Source of the DNA: Planctomycetota bacterium
Lineage (GTDB): Bacteria > Planctomycetota > UBA1135 > UBA2386
Length of the DNA: 64,000 nucleotides
Assembly (NCBI GenBank): GCA_965223545.1
Contig: OZ245006.1
Location: forward strand, 32,001 to 96,000
Direction: 5' to 3'
Shown: positions 29,132 through 40,481 of the stretch, piece after piece
Numbering within the stretch: the first letter of the stretch is position 1
Layout of the letters: each line of letters opens with the position of its first letter
Position numbers and translations under genes: made by a program
Notes under the pieces: model-generated
What the model was told of the DNA's origin: nothing
The model's database searches: none
Seen by the model: the letters and a program-made list of their open reading frames with translations, nothing else

Positions 29132-30559
29132 TCACTCGTAGCTGAGGGCCTTGACCGGGTCCATCCGCGCCGCGCGGCGCGCCGGTAGGTAGGACACCGC
29201 CAGCGACAGCACGAAGGCGGCCACCAGAACCTGTGTCAGCCAGGCGCCCTCGATGCGGTACGGAATCCGCTCGAGGTCGTACAGGTCGGTGGGAAAGATG
29301 GCGAGGCCGGTGTTGGCCACCAGCCAGTCGTTGAAGTCGTTGAGGTGGCGCGCCGAGAAGTAGCCGAGCACGGCGCCGAGGCCGCAGCCCAGCGCGGCGA
29401 CCGCGCCGCCGCCGAGCAGGAAGATCGCGGCGATGCCGCGCGGCGTGGCGCCCAGCGAGGTGAGGATGCCGATGTCCTTGGTCTTCTGCGTGACCATCAT
29501 GTGCAGGGTGGCGTAGATCAAGAACGCCGCCACCAGCATCACGCAGAACAGGACTACCTTCATCATCGCGCGCTCGTGGTCGACCGCGTCGAGGAAGGTG
29601 CGGTTCTGCTCCTCCCAGGTCTGCACGACGCCACCGAACCGGGGCGCCGCGGCGGCCGCCAACCGGTCGCGCAGCGCGGCCAGGTCGACGCCGGGACGTG
29701 CCTTGATCACCACCTCCGACACCGCCGCAACCGCACTCGGATCGTCGGGATCGTGGCCGAGCACCTCGCGCAAGAAATCGATGTGGACGAAGCCGTGGTT
29801 GCTGTCGAAGGTCCGATAGCGCGTCTCGAACGCGGCGGGCACCATGATCTCCCGCTGGATGCGTACGACGCGCTGGTCCTCGCCACTGCCCGCGAGCCGG
29901 GCGGTCACCAGGTGCGCGAGGCGCTGGAACAACAGGGCGCTGCGGCTCTCATCCAGCCGGCGGAAGCTCAGCAAGAGCCCCGGCGGCGTCGACAGCACGC
30001 GGGCCGTGGGCTTGCCGACCAGAGCCAGTGCGCGCCGGTACGCCGCCGTCGGCACGGCGAACGGATCGGCCGGATCGGCGACGGCGAAGTCGGGCTTCTG
30101 CGGCGCCCGGTCGTCGGCTTGCAGCGCCAACCAGCCGGCAAAGCCGGTGGTCTCCAGCTCGCGCCCGGGATCGACGCCCACCAGGTGGACGAAGTCGAGC
30201 TGGCTGGCCGAGTTGGCAGTCGGTGCGGTGTGCTGCACGGTGAAACGCCGCAGCAGGTGGTCGCGAGGAAACAACAGCGCGTAGTGCGACAGGCGCGGCG
30301 CGGTCGACAGCACGCCGTCGTCGCTCTCCAACACCGCCCGCACGGCCTCGTAGTCGGTGCCCCGGTCGACCCCGGTCAGCACCAGGTCGGCGGTGGCGCC
30401 GCGAATGTGGCCGCGGATCTCGCTGATGAACCCCGAGAAGACCGCGATCACCACGATCAGCGCCCAGACCGCGATCGCCACGCCGGCCACCCCCATGGCA
30501 TTCACGCGGCGCGCCAGCAGATAGCGCAGTGCCAGGTACCACGAGAACGCCGGAGCCAA
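29132..30559 (-). CDS. LolC/LolE-family ABC transporter permease (paralog)
   Basis: LALRYL, AVFSGF, MMVTQKTKDIGIL, PARRAARMDPVKALSYE; TTG start abuts the lysS stop. Confidence 0.88.
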   Translation of the reverse strand: MAPAFSWYLALRYLLARRVNAMGVAGVAIAVWALIVVIAVFSGFISEIRGHIRGATADLVLTGVDRGTDYEAVRAVLESDDGVLSTAPRLSHYALLFPRDHLLRRFTVQHTAPTANSASQLDFVHLVGVDPGRELETTGFAGWLALQADDRAPQKPDFAVADPADPFAVPTAAYRRALALVGKPTARVLSTPPGLLLSFRRLDESRSALLFQRLAHLVTARLAGSGEDQRVVRIQREIMVPAAFETRYRTFDSNHGFVHIDFLREVLGHDPDDPSAVAAVSEVVIKARPGVDLAALRDRLAAAAAPRFGGVVQTWEEQNRTFLDAVDHERAMMKVVLFCVMLVAAFLIYATLHMMVTQKTKDIGILTSLGATPRGIAAIFLLGGGAVAALGCGLGAVLGYFSARHLNDFNDWLVANTGLAIFPTDLYDLERIPYRIEGAWLTQVLVAAFVLSLAVSYLPARRAARMDPVKALSYE

Positions 30560-32044
30560 TCAGGCCTCGGTCTGCTCGCGGTGCGGGGCGGCGTCGGCAT
30601 CCTCGGTGGCGGCACGGCGCAACAGCGGAAACAACACGACGTCGCGGATCGACGCCTGGCCGCTCAGCAGCATGATCAGTCGGTCCATGCCGATGCCGAG
30701 GCCGCCGGCTGGCGGCAGCCCGTACTCGAGCGCGGTGACGTAGTCCTCGTCCATCTCGGACGGCGACTCGTCGTCGGCGTTCTTCAGCTGTGCCGCGAAC
30801 CGCGCCCGCTGATCGTCGGGGTCGTTGAGTTCGGTGAACGCGTTGGCGAGCTCCATACCGCCGCAGAAGAGCTCGAAGCGCTCGGCCACCCGGGGATCGT
30901 CGGGACTGGTCTTGGCCAGCGGACAGATCGGCAGCGGGTAGTCGCAGATGAACACGGGCCCGTCGAGGGTGTCCTCGACCGTTGCCTCGAAGATGTCGTT
31001 GGCCAGCTTGGCGGCGGGCACTCCGTCGGTCTTGAGGCCCAAGGCAGCCGCGCGCCGCGCGACGCCGGCGGCGTCGAAGAAGTCGAGGCCGTCGTTGTGC
31101 CGCTCGAAGAGATCGAGATAGCGCTCGACCGCGAACGGCGGCTTCAAGTCGTAGCTCTTGTCGCGAAACCGAACCACGCTATCGCCGCCGCGCACCGTCT
31201 CACAGAGATGCGCGAACAGTCCCTCGACCAGCCGCATGACGTCGCGGTAGTCGATCCACGCCGCGTAGCTCTCCAGCATCGTGAACTCGGGGTTGTGCCG
31301 AGTGCTGATGCCCTCGTTGCGGAACACGCGGCCGACCTCGTACACCCGCTCGAGCCCGCCGACCAGCAGGCGCTTGAGGTAGAGCTCGGGCGCGATGCGC
31401 AAGAACAGCGGCATGTCGAGCGCGTTGTGGTGGGTGTGGAACGGCCGCGCGGTGGCGCCGCCGAAGATCGGCTGCAGGATCGGCGTCTCCACCTCGAGAT
31501 AGCCCAATCCGTCGAAGTAGGCGCGCACCTCGCGCAGCACGCGCGAGCGCAGCATGAACGCCTCCCGCACGTCCTTGTTGGCGAACAGGTCGACGTAGCG
31601 CATGCGGTAGCGCTGCTCGACGTCTTGCAGGCCGTGCCACTTCTCCGGCGCCGGCCGCAGCGCCTTGCTGGCCAGGGTCACCGCGGCCGCCCAGATCGTC
31701 GGCTCACCCTTGTCGGTGCGGCCGAGCTCACCGGTGATCACCACCAGGTCGTTGCCTTCGATCAGCTTGCGGCTCGGCCACAGCTCCTCGAGCCGCTGGC
31801 GCTGGAAGCCGACCTGGATCTCGCCGGAGCGGTCGACCAGGTGCGAGAAGCGCAGCTTGCCGAAGTCGCGAAACTGGGTCAGCCGGCCGGCGACGGTGAC
31901 GGTCTCGCCGGTGCGCTGATCGACCGCCTCGACGCACGGGCCGATCGGCTCCGGGGGGGCCACCCGCGGCGGGAACGGGTCGAAGCCGCGCTCGCGCAGC
32001 TTGTCCAGCTTGTCGCGGCGCTCATTCACGGTGCGGTCGGTCAC
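30560..32044 (-). CDS. lysS: Lysine--tRNA ligase (class II)
   Basis: OB fold VAGR..., RYRMRYVDL, EVETP, GGATARPF, LRIAPELYLKRL, FRNEG..TRHNPEF, ERFELF, YGLPP.GG.GIGMDRL. Confidence 0.97.
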   Translation of the reverse strand: MTDRTVNERRDKLDKLRERGFDPFPPRVAPPEPIGPCVEAVDQRTGETVTVAGRLTQFRDFGKLRFSHLVDRSGEIQVGFQRQRLEELWPSRKLIEGNDLVVITGELGRTDKGEPTIWAAAVTLASKALRPAPEKWHGLQDVEQRYRMRYVDLFANKDVREAFMLRSRVLREVRAYFDGLGYLEVETPILQPIFGGATARPFHTHHNALDMPLFLRIAPELYLKRLLVGGLERVYEVGRVFRNEGISTRHNPEFTMLESYAAWIDYRDVMRLVEGLFAHLCETVRGGDSVVRFRDKSYDLKPPFAVERYLDLFERHNDGLDFFDAAGVARRAAALGLKTDGVPAAKLANDIFEATVEDTLDGPVFICDYPLPICPLAKTSPDDPRVAERFELFCGGMELANAFTELNDPDDQRARFAAQLKNADDESPSEMDEDYVTALEYGLPPAGGLGIGMDRLIMLLSGQASIRDVVLFPLLRRAATEDADAAPHREQTEA

Positions 32045-32196
32045 GGCGGCGGGCGCTCCTGGCCTTCGGACTCGGGCGGACCGGCGCAGGATAGGGCCGC
32101 GGTCGGCCGTTGCGAGCACAAACGGCCCGCCGCCAGGAGCCGCCGCGGCCCAAAATCGCGCGAGACTTTCACGCGACGACTCCGCACACTGTCGGC

Positions 32197-33501
<1,305 letters not shown>

Positions 33502-34050
33502 CGGCGACGCCACAGCAGGCGGGGAGCCGCGCGATCGAGCAGCGCCGCACCGGCGGCGCCGACCGCGTAGCAGGCGAGGTCCGTCCACAGGAAGCCCCGA
33601 CCGAGCACGAGGGCGCCGAGTCGGGTGGCGCGCAGCGTCTCGAGCCACTCCGGTCGCCAGCATTGGCTGACCTCGACCGCCACCGCAATCAGCGCGGCGA
33701 TCGCTCCGGTCCGCGACGGCGTCATCGCCGGGCGGAGCAGCGCGACGCCCAGGTAGGCGGCGACCGCCCACAGTGCGTCGCCCGCGTAGGCGCGCACCCA
33801 GCCGTCCATCGGCCAGATCGCGGTTCGCGAGCCGAGGCCCGTGGCGATCACCAGCACGAGTGCCAGCAGGACTGCCCCGCGCGATCGGACCGTTGAACGG
33901 GGGCGGGCCATCATCCGTCGCATGCTAGCCTCAACCGTGATGACTGGCGCTGCCGCAGTGGTTTGCCTCAACCGCTGAAAGTCGACCGCCGTGGCGCGAC
34001 GATGAGGAGCCTCATCGCGGCCGAGGCCGCAAACAGACACGGAGCGTTAC

Positions 34051-35294
34051 GAACTGCAGCCCTTCCGTGGTCCGGCACGGCCGCAAGAAAGTCAGGCAGA
34101 GCTCTTCAGGAAGTTCTCGATCGGTTTTGCGTTTCGATCCAGCGGATGGCCGCTGCGCGTGCCCCAGTCCTGGCGCCAGGATAGCACCTGGTTCAGCCGC
34201 AACTTCTGGGGCAGCCAGCCAACCAGCATCGCCGGCGTGTCTCGGTCGAAGTTGAAGCGCGGTCGCGTGAAGTTGCGGTACGCGGTGTAGATGTGCAGCT
34301 GCAGGTTGAGGAAACAGCGCTTCTTGCTGACCAGCCAGGACTCGCGCCGCAGACGACCGTTGAGGTCGCGCGCCATTGCCTCGGTATGGTTGATCGCGAA
34401 CAGCGGGTTCCAGGTCTCGCGCGGCAGCGTGCTTGGTGTTCGCCGGTGCTCGAGCCGCGCGCCGAAAATGCCCCTCGCGAGTCCTGAGTAGGTCGTTTTC
34501 TCGTCCGTTTCGAGCAACACGGTGGTCAACCGAGTGCAAGCGCGCGCGCCCCGGCACAGCGCATTGCGCGTTGCCGCGCGCGACCGCGACGGCCGCCGGC
34601 CAAACCGCCGCGCGTCGGCCTCTATCGCTCGCCGGCGCGCAGCCGGTTTGGGGCCACCGGGGCGGATCGGGGCCGACCGCGCTGCGAGGATGAAGCGGCT
34701 CCCGCGCTCGATCAAGACAGGCAGCGTCAGGGGCCGCGTGTTGCGGCGGCCCTCGTAGCTCTCGAGTTCGTCGAACTGCAAGCTCGAGCCCACCGGGAGG
34801 TCGCCCCGTAAGTTGTTGTTCAGGCGGCGGACGTGACGACCGATCTTGCGGAACTTCATCTCGGTGTTGCGCGCCGTGAGCCCGGCCAGGCGTGCGGTCT
34901 GTCGCAGGCCCAGGCCACAGCAGAGCAACATGACGATCCAGGCGTTGCGGTCGGGCTTGTGGTCGCGGTAATCCATGCGGAACGTCTGCCGCGAGAAGCC
35001 CTGCCGGCAATGGCGGCAGCGGAAGCGCGGCACGCCTTGGGCGCGGCACTTGGGGTAGTAGTAGCCACGGCGTACGAAGAAGCCGGGCCGCGGGCTGCGG
35101 TTGTGCGGGCAAGCTGAGTTGGGGCAACGCGGGGGAACGAACATCGGCGACCTCCGAGACACAACGCGGGGGGGACCAAAAGGGCACCGTTGCGCAGTTG
35201 GCCCTGCGTCACTTCCAGTGACTCGGAAGAGGGCTCCGGTTACGTCTCGGTCAGCGTCTCTCAGCTAGCCAGGCCCACGGAAGGGCTGCAGTTC
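34051..35294. mobile_element. Insertion sequence, IS1/IS1595-like, apparently complete
   Basis: Perfect 20-bp inverted repeats GAACTGCAGCCCTTCCGTGG (34051-34070 and 35275-35294); flanking 8-bp direct repeat GGAGCGTT (34041-34048 and 35296-35303); single transposase ORF inside. Confidence 0.8.
34092..35144 (-). CDS. Transposase (Zn ribbon + HTH + RNase H-like DD(E/N) domain)
   Basis: CPNSAC...CRHC zinc ribbon; GLRQTARLAG HTH; FDELES; ETDEKTTY; INHTEAMAR; GGAGG RBS before ATG 35144. Confidence 0.8.
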   Translation of the reverse strand: MFVPPRCPNSACPHNRSPRPGFFVRRGYYYPKCRAQGVPRFRCRHCRQGFSRQTFRMDYRDHKPDRNAWIVMLLCCGLGLRQTARLAGLTARNTEMKFRKIGRHVRRLNNNLRGDLPVGSSLQFDELESYEGRRNTRPLTLPVLIERGSRFILAARSAPIRPGGPKPAARRRAIEADARRFGRRPSRSRAATRNALCRGARACTRLTTVLLETDEKTTYSGLARGIFGARLEHRRTPSTLPRETWNPLFAINHTEAMARDLNGRLRRESWLVSKKRCFLNLQLHIYTAYRNFTRPRFNFDRDTPAMLVGWLPQKLRLNQVLSWRQDWGTRSGHPLDRNAKPIENFLKSSA

Positions 35295-35468
35295 TGGAGC
35301 GTTCCGCGACCCGAGCGTCGGTCGCGGGTCCCGGGTCGCCGACGGCCGCGCTGAGCCCAGAGGCCAGTGTTGCTTTCGAGCCTCCGGGAGCTGCGTTGTC
35401 GAAGTTCCAGGGGCATCGTGCCTTCCGAAAGGTTGTCGCCGCGCGAAGATTTGCGGACCCTGAGGCCT

Positions 35469-36362
35469 ATGGAGATCCGCAAGGTAGGTGTCGTCGGCTG
35501 TGGCCTGATGGGCCACGGCATCGCTCAGGTTGCCGCCGAGGCCGGCTGCGAAGTTGTGGTCTACGAGAGTGATGGCGACGCACTCGACCGCGGCCTACGC
35601 AGGATCGAGGACAGTTTGGCGAAGCTGTCCGCGAAGCGCGTTGCGGCCGGCAAGCTGGATGCCGCCGCCGCCGAGCAGGCGGTCGCGGCGACGCGCGGGC
35701 GCTTGCAAGGCGCGCTCGACCTCGACCGCCTGGCCGACCGCGAGTTGGTCATCGAGGCCATCGTCGAGGACCTCGACGCCAAGCGCAGCCTGTTTGCCGA
35801 GCTCGATCGCCGCTGTGACAACGGCACGATCCTCGCGTCCAACACGTCGTCGTTCGCCATCGGCGACTTGGCGACCGCGACCGGCCGCGCCGACCGGGTG
35901 CTCGGGCTGCACTTCTTCAACCCGGTCCAGCTGATGCGGCTGGTCGAAGTGATCCGCACCGAGCAGACGGGGGCGGCTGCATTCGACGCGGTCATGGCGT
36001 TTGCCACTGCGTGCGGCAAGACCCCCGTCGCCTGCCGGGACACGCCCGGGTTCATCGTCAACCGGCTGCTGGTGCCGTTCATGGTGCAGGCTCTGCTGAT
36101 GGTGGAGCGCGGCGACGCGACGCTGGAGGACGTCGACCGCGCCATGCAGCTCGGTTGTGGCCACCCGATGGGACCGATCACGTTGGCGGACTACGTCGGC
36201 CTCGACACCACCTTGGCCATCCTGCGCGGTTGGTGCGCGCGCTATCCGGACGAGCCCGCGTTCGTCGTCCCGCAGCTACTGGTGGAAAAGGTCGAGGCGG
36301 GACACCTCGGGCGCAAGACCGGCCGCGGCTTCTTCGACTGGCAGGGCGACAAGCGCAGCTGA
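35469..36362 (+). CDS. 3-hydroxyacyl-CoA (3-hydroxybutyryl-CoA) dehydrogenase
   Basis: GCGLMGHGIAQ, VIEAIVE, LASNTSS, GLHFFNP, DTPGFIVNR, GHPMGP, LGRKTGRGF. Confidence 0.94.
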   Translation: MEIRKVGVVGCGLMGHGIAQVAAEAGCEVVVYESDGDALDRGLRRIEDSLAKLSAKRVAAGKLDAAAAEQAVAATRGRLQGALDLDRLADRELVIEAIVEDLDAKRSLFAELDRRCDNGTILASNTSSFAIGDLATATGRADRVLGLHFFNPVQLMRLVEVIRTEQTGAAAFDAVMAFATACGKTPVACRDTPGFIVNRLLVPFMVQALLMVERGDATLEDVDRAMQLGCGHPMGPITLADYVGLDTTLAILRGWCARYPDEPAFVVPQLLVEKVEAGHLGRKTGRGFFDWQGDKRS

Positions 36363-36452
36363 CCGACTGGTCAGGTTCGGCGGGGGCCGGGACGACAGAG
36401 AGTCGGCACCACGAAGAAAGCGAAGAACACGAATGCCGCCCTGGACGACGCT

Positions 36453-37271
36453 TCAGCGGCGCAGGGGCCGGTAGAGCAGGAAGGTGACGTCGTCGGGCTT
36501 GCCCGGGTGGGCGCCAGACTCGCCGGCCATGCGTGCACGGCACATCGACGCCAATTGCTCCACGGCGGCGAGCAACGGCCCCTTGCGCACGGTGGCGACG
36601 ATCTCCTCGATGCGCAGATTGTCGAACACCCCGTCGCTGGCCAGCACCAGCGTGTCGTGCACCGCGAGCGACAGGGTGGGGCCGATCTCGATCTTCATTG
36701 CCGCCGAACCGACGACGTTGGAGACGACGTGACGATCGTCGTGGCCGAGCGCCTCGTCCTCGTTGAGCAGGCCGGCCTCGATGGCGTAGCCGGTGGGTGA
36801 ATGCGCGATGGTCTGGTGCTTGATGCGTCCGCGCTGGCCGGTGAGCACCACCGCCGAGTCGCCGACGTGGTAGGTCCGGCATTGGCCCGCGTCGATCTCG
36901 GCTACCGCCAGAGTCGTCGCCGCGCCGGACGCCGCGCGCGGCACGCTGGCATTGGCCGCCTCGAAGCCGTCGAGGATCGACTCGCGCAGCGAGTCAGAGG
37001 GCGGGTCCTCGGTGCGCAGCGCTTTGCGCAGCGCGCCGAGGGCCCGGCCGGCGGCGGCGTCGCCCGCCGGGCCTCCACCCATGCCATCGGCCACGGCCAG
37101 CACCGCCCGCGTCGGCCCCAAGCCGACGATCAGAGCGGCGTCCTCATTGGGTCCCGTCCGATCCGGCGAGCGCGCCGAGAACACTCCGACCTCTCCACCG
37201 GCGACCGGCAGGACCTCGCCCTGGCTCATGTCACTCCGCTGAATGCAGACGGGATCGGGTAGCGCGGTCAT
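36453..37271 (-). CDS. PP2C/PPM family Ser/Thr protein phosphatase
   Basis: NEDA, AVADGMGG, HVGDS, ASDGVFD, DDVT; ATGA overlap with the kinase. Confidence 0.92.
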   Translation of the reverse strand: MTALPDPVCIQRSDMSQGEVLPVAGGEVGVFSARSPDRTGPNEDAALIVGLGPTRAVLAVADGMGGGPAGDAAAGRALGALRKALRTEDPPSDSLRESILDGFEAANASVPRAASGAATTLAVAEIDAGQCRTYHVGDSAVVLTGQRGRIKHQTIAHSPTGYAIEAGLLNEDEALGHDDRHVVSNVVGSAAMKIEIGPTLSLAVHDTLVLASDGVFDNLRIEEIVATVRKGPLLAAVEQLASMCRARMAGESGAHPGKPDDVTFLLYRPLRR

Positions 37272-38602
37272 GGCTTGTGCAGTGCGTGGGCGCACCAGGG
37301 ACAGTGCTCCCAGTAGCGCGGAAACACCGACCAGCCGCAGCGGCGACAGCGCTCGGCGTCCACCTCGGGCCGGACGGGCTTGCGCACCTTTCTTCGGCAC
37401 CAAGGGCAGTAGCGGCTGAAGGGCATCAGCGGTCCCCGGCACGCGGCGTGGGCGCAACGGCCGGTGTAGCGCTTGTCCGAGTAGTGCCGCCCGGCGACCT
37501 CCTCGAAGCCGGCGCCGTGGCACCAGGCGCAGAAGCGCCAGTCCAGCTTGCGGCCGCGGCGGCAGCGCGGGCACTCGGCCGGCATCTTCGTGCTGCCGCG
37601 GGTGAAGCTCAGCGTTGCCGCGCACCACGGGCAGTGGGACATCGGCTCGGCGACCGGCCCCTCGCACTTGCGACAATGGTGGTGCGCCTGGAGCGCGGCG
37701 CCGAGCTCCCGGCGGAACTGGCGAAAGCGCACCTCGCGCCAGTCCGCAACTTGTGCGGCGTGATTCGTCCGCCGCCGCCGGCGGCCGGCGATGAAGCGAC
37801 GCACGCGCGGCAACACGCGCCGGTAGGCGGCCAGCATTTCGCCGCCGTCGCGGAAGCGGCGGGCGGGCTCCACCGACAGCGCGCGCCGCAGCAGCTGGAC
37901 GAACTCCTCGGGGACTTTGCGGCGCACGCGGTCGTGGCCCGGCGGCGGCCAGCGGAACGGCCACTCCGGCAGCTCGCCGCTGAGCATCTGATAGAAGATC
38001 AGCCCCAGCGAGAACACGTCGGCGCGAAACGACGTGCGGCCCATCGCCTGCTCGGGGGCGACGTAGCCCACCGTGCCCGATCCCGACCCGAGGACCGTGC
38101 GCCGCGCCAGCCGAGAGATGCTGAAGTCGGTCAGTCGGATTCGCTGGTTGTCGAACAGGATGAAGTTGTCCGGCTTGAGATCGCAGTGGATCACGCCGTT
38201 GGCATGCGCGTGCGCCACCGCCTCCAGCATCTGCTCGGCGAGGGTGGTGAAGGTCTCGACGCCCATCCGGCGCCGGATGCGCTCGCCGAGCGACTCGACT
38301 CCCAGCGGGTAGGCGATCACCAGCCGCCCGTCGATGACGTCCGCGGTCTTGAGCTGCAGGATCGCGGGATGGTCGAGGCCGGCGTGCAAGCGCACTTCCT
38401 TGCGGAACAGGCGCATCGCGCTCGGGGTCATCCAGTCGGCGCGCGGCACTTTCAGGGCGACGTGCACGCCTTCGACGGTGTCCGCCGCCTCGTAGACCGT
38501 GGCGAAGCCCCCCTGGGCCAAGCGCTTGACGACGCGGTACTTGCCCAACCTGCGCTTCTTGCCGAGGGGGGCCGTGGTCTCCGAAATGGGCGTCGTGTCC
38601 AA
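37268..38602 (-). CDS. Cytoplasmic Ser/Thr protein kinase with C-terminal double-zinc-ribbon repeats
   Basis: AQGGFATVY, VALK, HCDLKPDN, DFS, GTVGYVAPE, DVFSLG; eight CxxC-type motifs at the C-terminus; TTG start is inferred. Confidence 0.88.
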   Translation of the reverse strand: MDTTPISETTAPLGKKRRLGKYRVVKRLAQGGFATVYEAADTVEGVHVALKVPRADWMTPSAMRLFRKEVRLHAGLDHPAILQLKTADVIDGRLVIAYPLGVESLGERIRRRMGVETFTTLAEQMLEAVAHAHANGVIHCDLKPDNFILFDNQRIRLTDFSISRLARRTVLGSGSGTVGYVAPEQAMGRTSFRADVFSLGLIFYQMLSGELPEWPFRWPPPGHDRVRRKVPEEFVQLLRRALSVEPARRFRDGGEMLAAYRRVLPRVRRFIAGRRRRRTNHAAQVADWREVRFRQFRRELGAALQAHHHCRKCEGPVAEPMSHCPWCAATLSFTRGSTKMPAECPRCRRGRKLDWRFCAWCHGAGFEEVAGRHYSDKRYTGRCAHAACRGPLMPFSRYCPWCRRKVRKPVRPEVDAERCRRCGWSVFPRYWEHCPWCAHALHKP

Positions 38603-38713
38603 GCACGGCAGATTGCAGCGGTGCGGGCGGCCGGGTGCAACGCCGGGCCCCAGAACCCCGCTGGTGCAAGGTCGCACCCCGGGCAGCGCGGACCCGAGCT
38701 ACCATGGGCCGTC

Positions 38714-40000
38714 GTGTTCGATTCCCGTCGCCTCTTCGGCGTGGCCCTGTGCTGCGCCACCGCGTCGCCGATGGCGCCGGCGCAGGAGCCGGAGGCGGCA
38801 CCGCTCGAAGAACGCGTCGCGGCCGCCCTCGACCGCGCCCGACCGCACATGGAGGTGCAGGCGCTGACCGTGACGCACGCGGGGCGCCTCGGCCTGCTGG
38901 CGCTGGCGATGCTGCACGACCGCTGGCCCGCCGACAACGCCCACCTGCAGCGCACGATCGACAAGCTGGCCGCGGCGGTGCCGCCGAGCACCTACGGCCT
39001 CTCGCTGCGCCTCATGGTGATCGCCGAGCACCCGGGCTATCCCGACCGCCGCGCGGCGGCGCGCCGCGATCTGGCCGCGCTGCTGCGGCACCAGACCAGC
39101 GCCGGCGGCTTTGGCTACACGCCGGGTGCGATCGAGTGGGACTTGTCCAACACGCAGTACGCCGCGCTCGGCCTGCGCGCCGCGCATGCCACCGGTGCGG
39201 CGGTCGACGCCGCGGTCTGGAAGCGGCTGCTCGGCGCGATGCGCTGGGTGCAGGCCCGCTCGGGAGGCTTTGGCTACGCACCGACCGTGCGCACACCCAG
39301 CGCGTCGATGACGGTCGCGGGCATCGCGGTGTTGGAGATCTGCCGGCAGCATCTCGCCGACCTTCCCCGCGGCGCCAAGGTCGAGGACCGGTTGGCGGCG
39401 GCCTGGCGGTGGATGGAGCGCAACCAGGAACTGATCGGCCGCGAGGGACAGAAGCACCTGCACTATTGGCACTACGGCCTGGAGCGGGCCGCGATCCTGG
39501 CGGAGGTCGAACGAGTCGGCGAGGTCGACTGGTATCGCGCCGGCGCCGAGATGCTGCTGGGTCTGGAGCGCAAGACCGGTGGCTGGGCCGACGTGGTCCG
39601 CCGCGCGTCCCTGCGACACGACCCGGGTGCGGAGGTGGTCGCGACCTCGTTCGCGGTGCTCTTCCTGCGCCGCGCGTTCCGCCGCGAGACCGGGCCGGTG
39701 ACGCTGCGCGGCGGCTACCTCACCCGAGGCCTGCCGGCGGACGCGAGCCCCGCGCAGATCGAGCGCGCGGTGGAACTCGACGTCGCGCGCGGCACGCAAG
39801 CCATCCCGGAGCTGGTCAAGGCGCTGCGCAGTCCGCTGCGCAGCCGGCGCGAGGCCGCGTCCCAGGCGCTGCGGGCGCTGGGGAAACCGGCGCACGGATA
39901 TGACCCGGGCCTCGCCCCCGCCGCGCAGGGCGAGGCCATCGTCGCGGCCGAGCGGTGGTGGCTGCTCGAGGTGCGGCCGCGCACATTGGGGGGCGGTTGA
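38714..40000 (+). CDS. Secreted prenyltransferase/squalene-oxidase-repeat (alpha/alpha barrel) protein with HEAT-like tail
   Basis: Signal-like N-terminus; Q...GGFGY twice, DLSNTQYAALGL, SMTVAG, YWHYGLER, DWY..GA..LL, TSFAVLFL. Confidence 0.78.
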   Translation: MFDSRRLFGVALCCATASPMAPAQEPEAAPLEERVAAALDRARPHMEVQALTVTHAGRLGLLALAMLHDRWPADNAHLQRTIDKLAAAVPPSTYGLSLRLMVIAEHPGYPDRRAAARRDLAALLRHQTSAGGFGYTPGAIEWDLSNTQYAALGLRAAHATGAAVDAAVWKRLLGAMRWVQARSGGFGYAPTVRTPSASMTVAGIAVLEICRQHLADLPRGAKVEDRLAAAWRWMERNQELIGREGQKHLHYWHYGLERAAILAEVERVGEVDWYRAGAEMLLGLERKTGGWADVVRRASLRHDPGAEVVATSFAVLFLRRAFRRETGPVTLRGGYLTRGLPADASPAQIERAVELDVARGTQAIPELVKALRSPLRSRREAASQALRALGKPAHGYDPGLAPAAQGEAIVAAERWWLLEVRPRTLGGG

Positions 40001-40118
40001 CGTTGCCGCGGTGGCCACTATGGTCAGACCGCTCACGCCGATCGTTGCGCTCATCCGTATGCTGAACCATTTGGCAACGCCCTTCGTTTCCACAAGTGCC
40101 GCGATAAAATCTCGCGGC

Positions 40119-40481
40119 ATGTCTCAGCCAGGTGTGGCATTCGTCATCGAGCAGCTCCGCTTGCGGCCGGATGCCACTTTGGAGGACCTCCGCGCGCGCG
40201 CCGCCATCGAGGGGCGGCGGGTCCAGGCGGAGACCTACCGGCGCGCGCGCATCGAGCTGGGACTCGACCCGCCGAGCTCGAGCCTGCCGGCCCCGCCGCC
40301 GGTTGTGCCTGCCGCCGCGCCGGTTGCGACGATGCGGCAGCGGGAGCGCGCACCGGAACCCGCCGGCGACCTCGATCCGCTGACGGCCGCAGTGCGCGCC
40401 TTGGTGCAGGACCGCGATCGCTGCCGCGCCGCCCTCGAGCGCATGCGCGACGTGGTCCGCGCGGCCTTGCGGGCCGACTGA
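40119..40481 (+). CDS. Small hypothetical protein
   Basis: TAAAAT 8 nt upstream of the ATG; N-terminal helical domain, Pro linker, C-terminal coiled coil. Confidence 0.6.
   Translation: MSQPGVAFVIEQLRLRPDATLEDLRARAAIEGRRVQAETYRRARIELGLDPPSSSLPAPPPVVPAAAPVATMRQRERAPEPAGDLDPLTAAVRALVQDRDRCRAALERMRDVVRAALRAD

Noticed and set aside
38714..40000. Terpene cyclase or biosynthetic gene cluster
   Set aside because: No DxDD catalytic motif, a signal-like N-terminus and no neighbouring isoprenoid genes; fits a generic alpha/alpha-barrel repeat protein.
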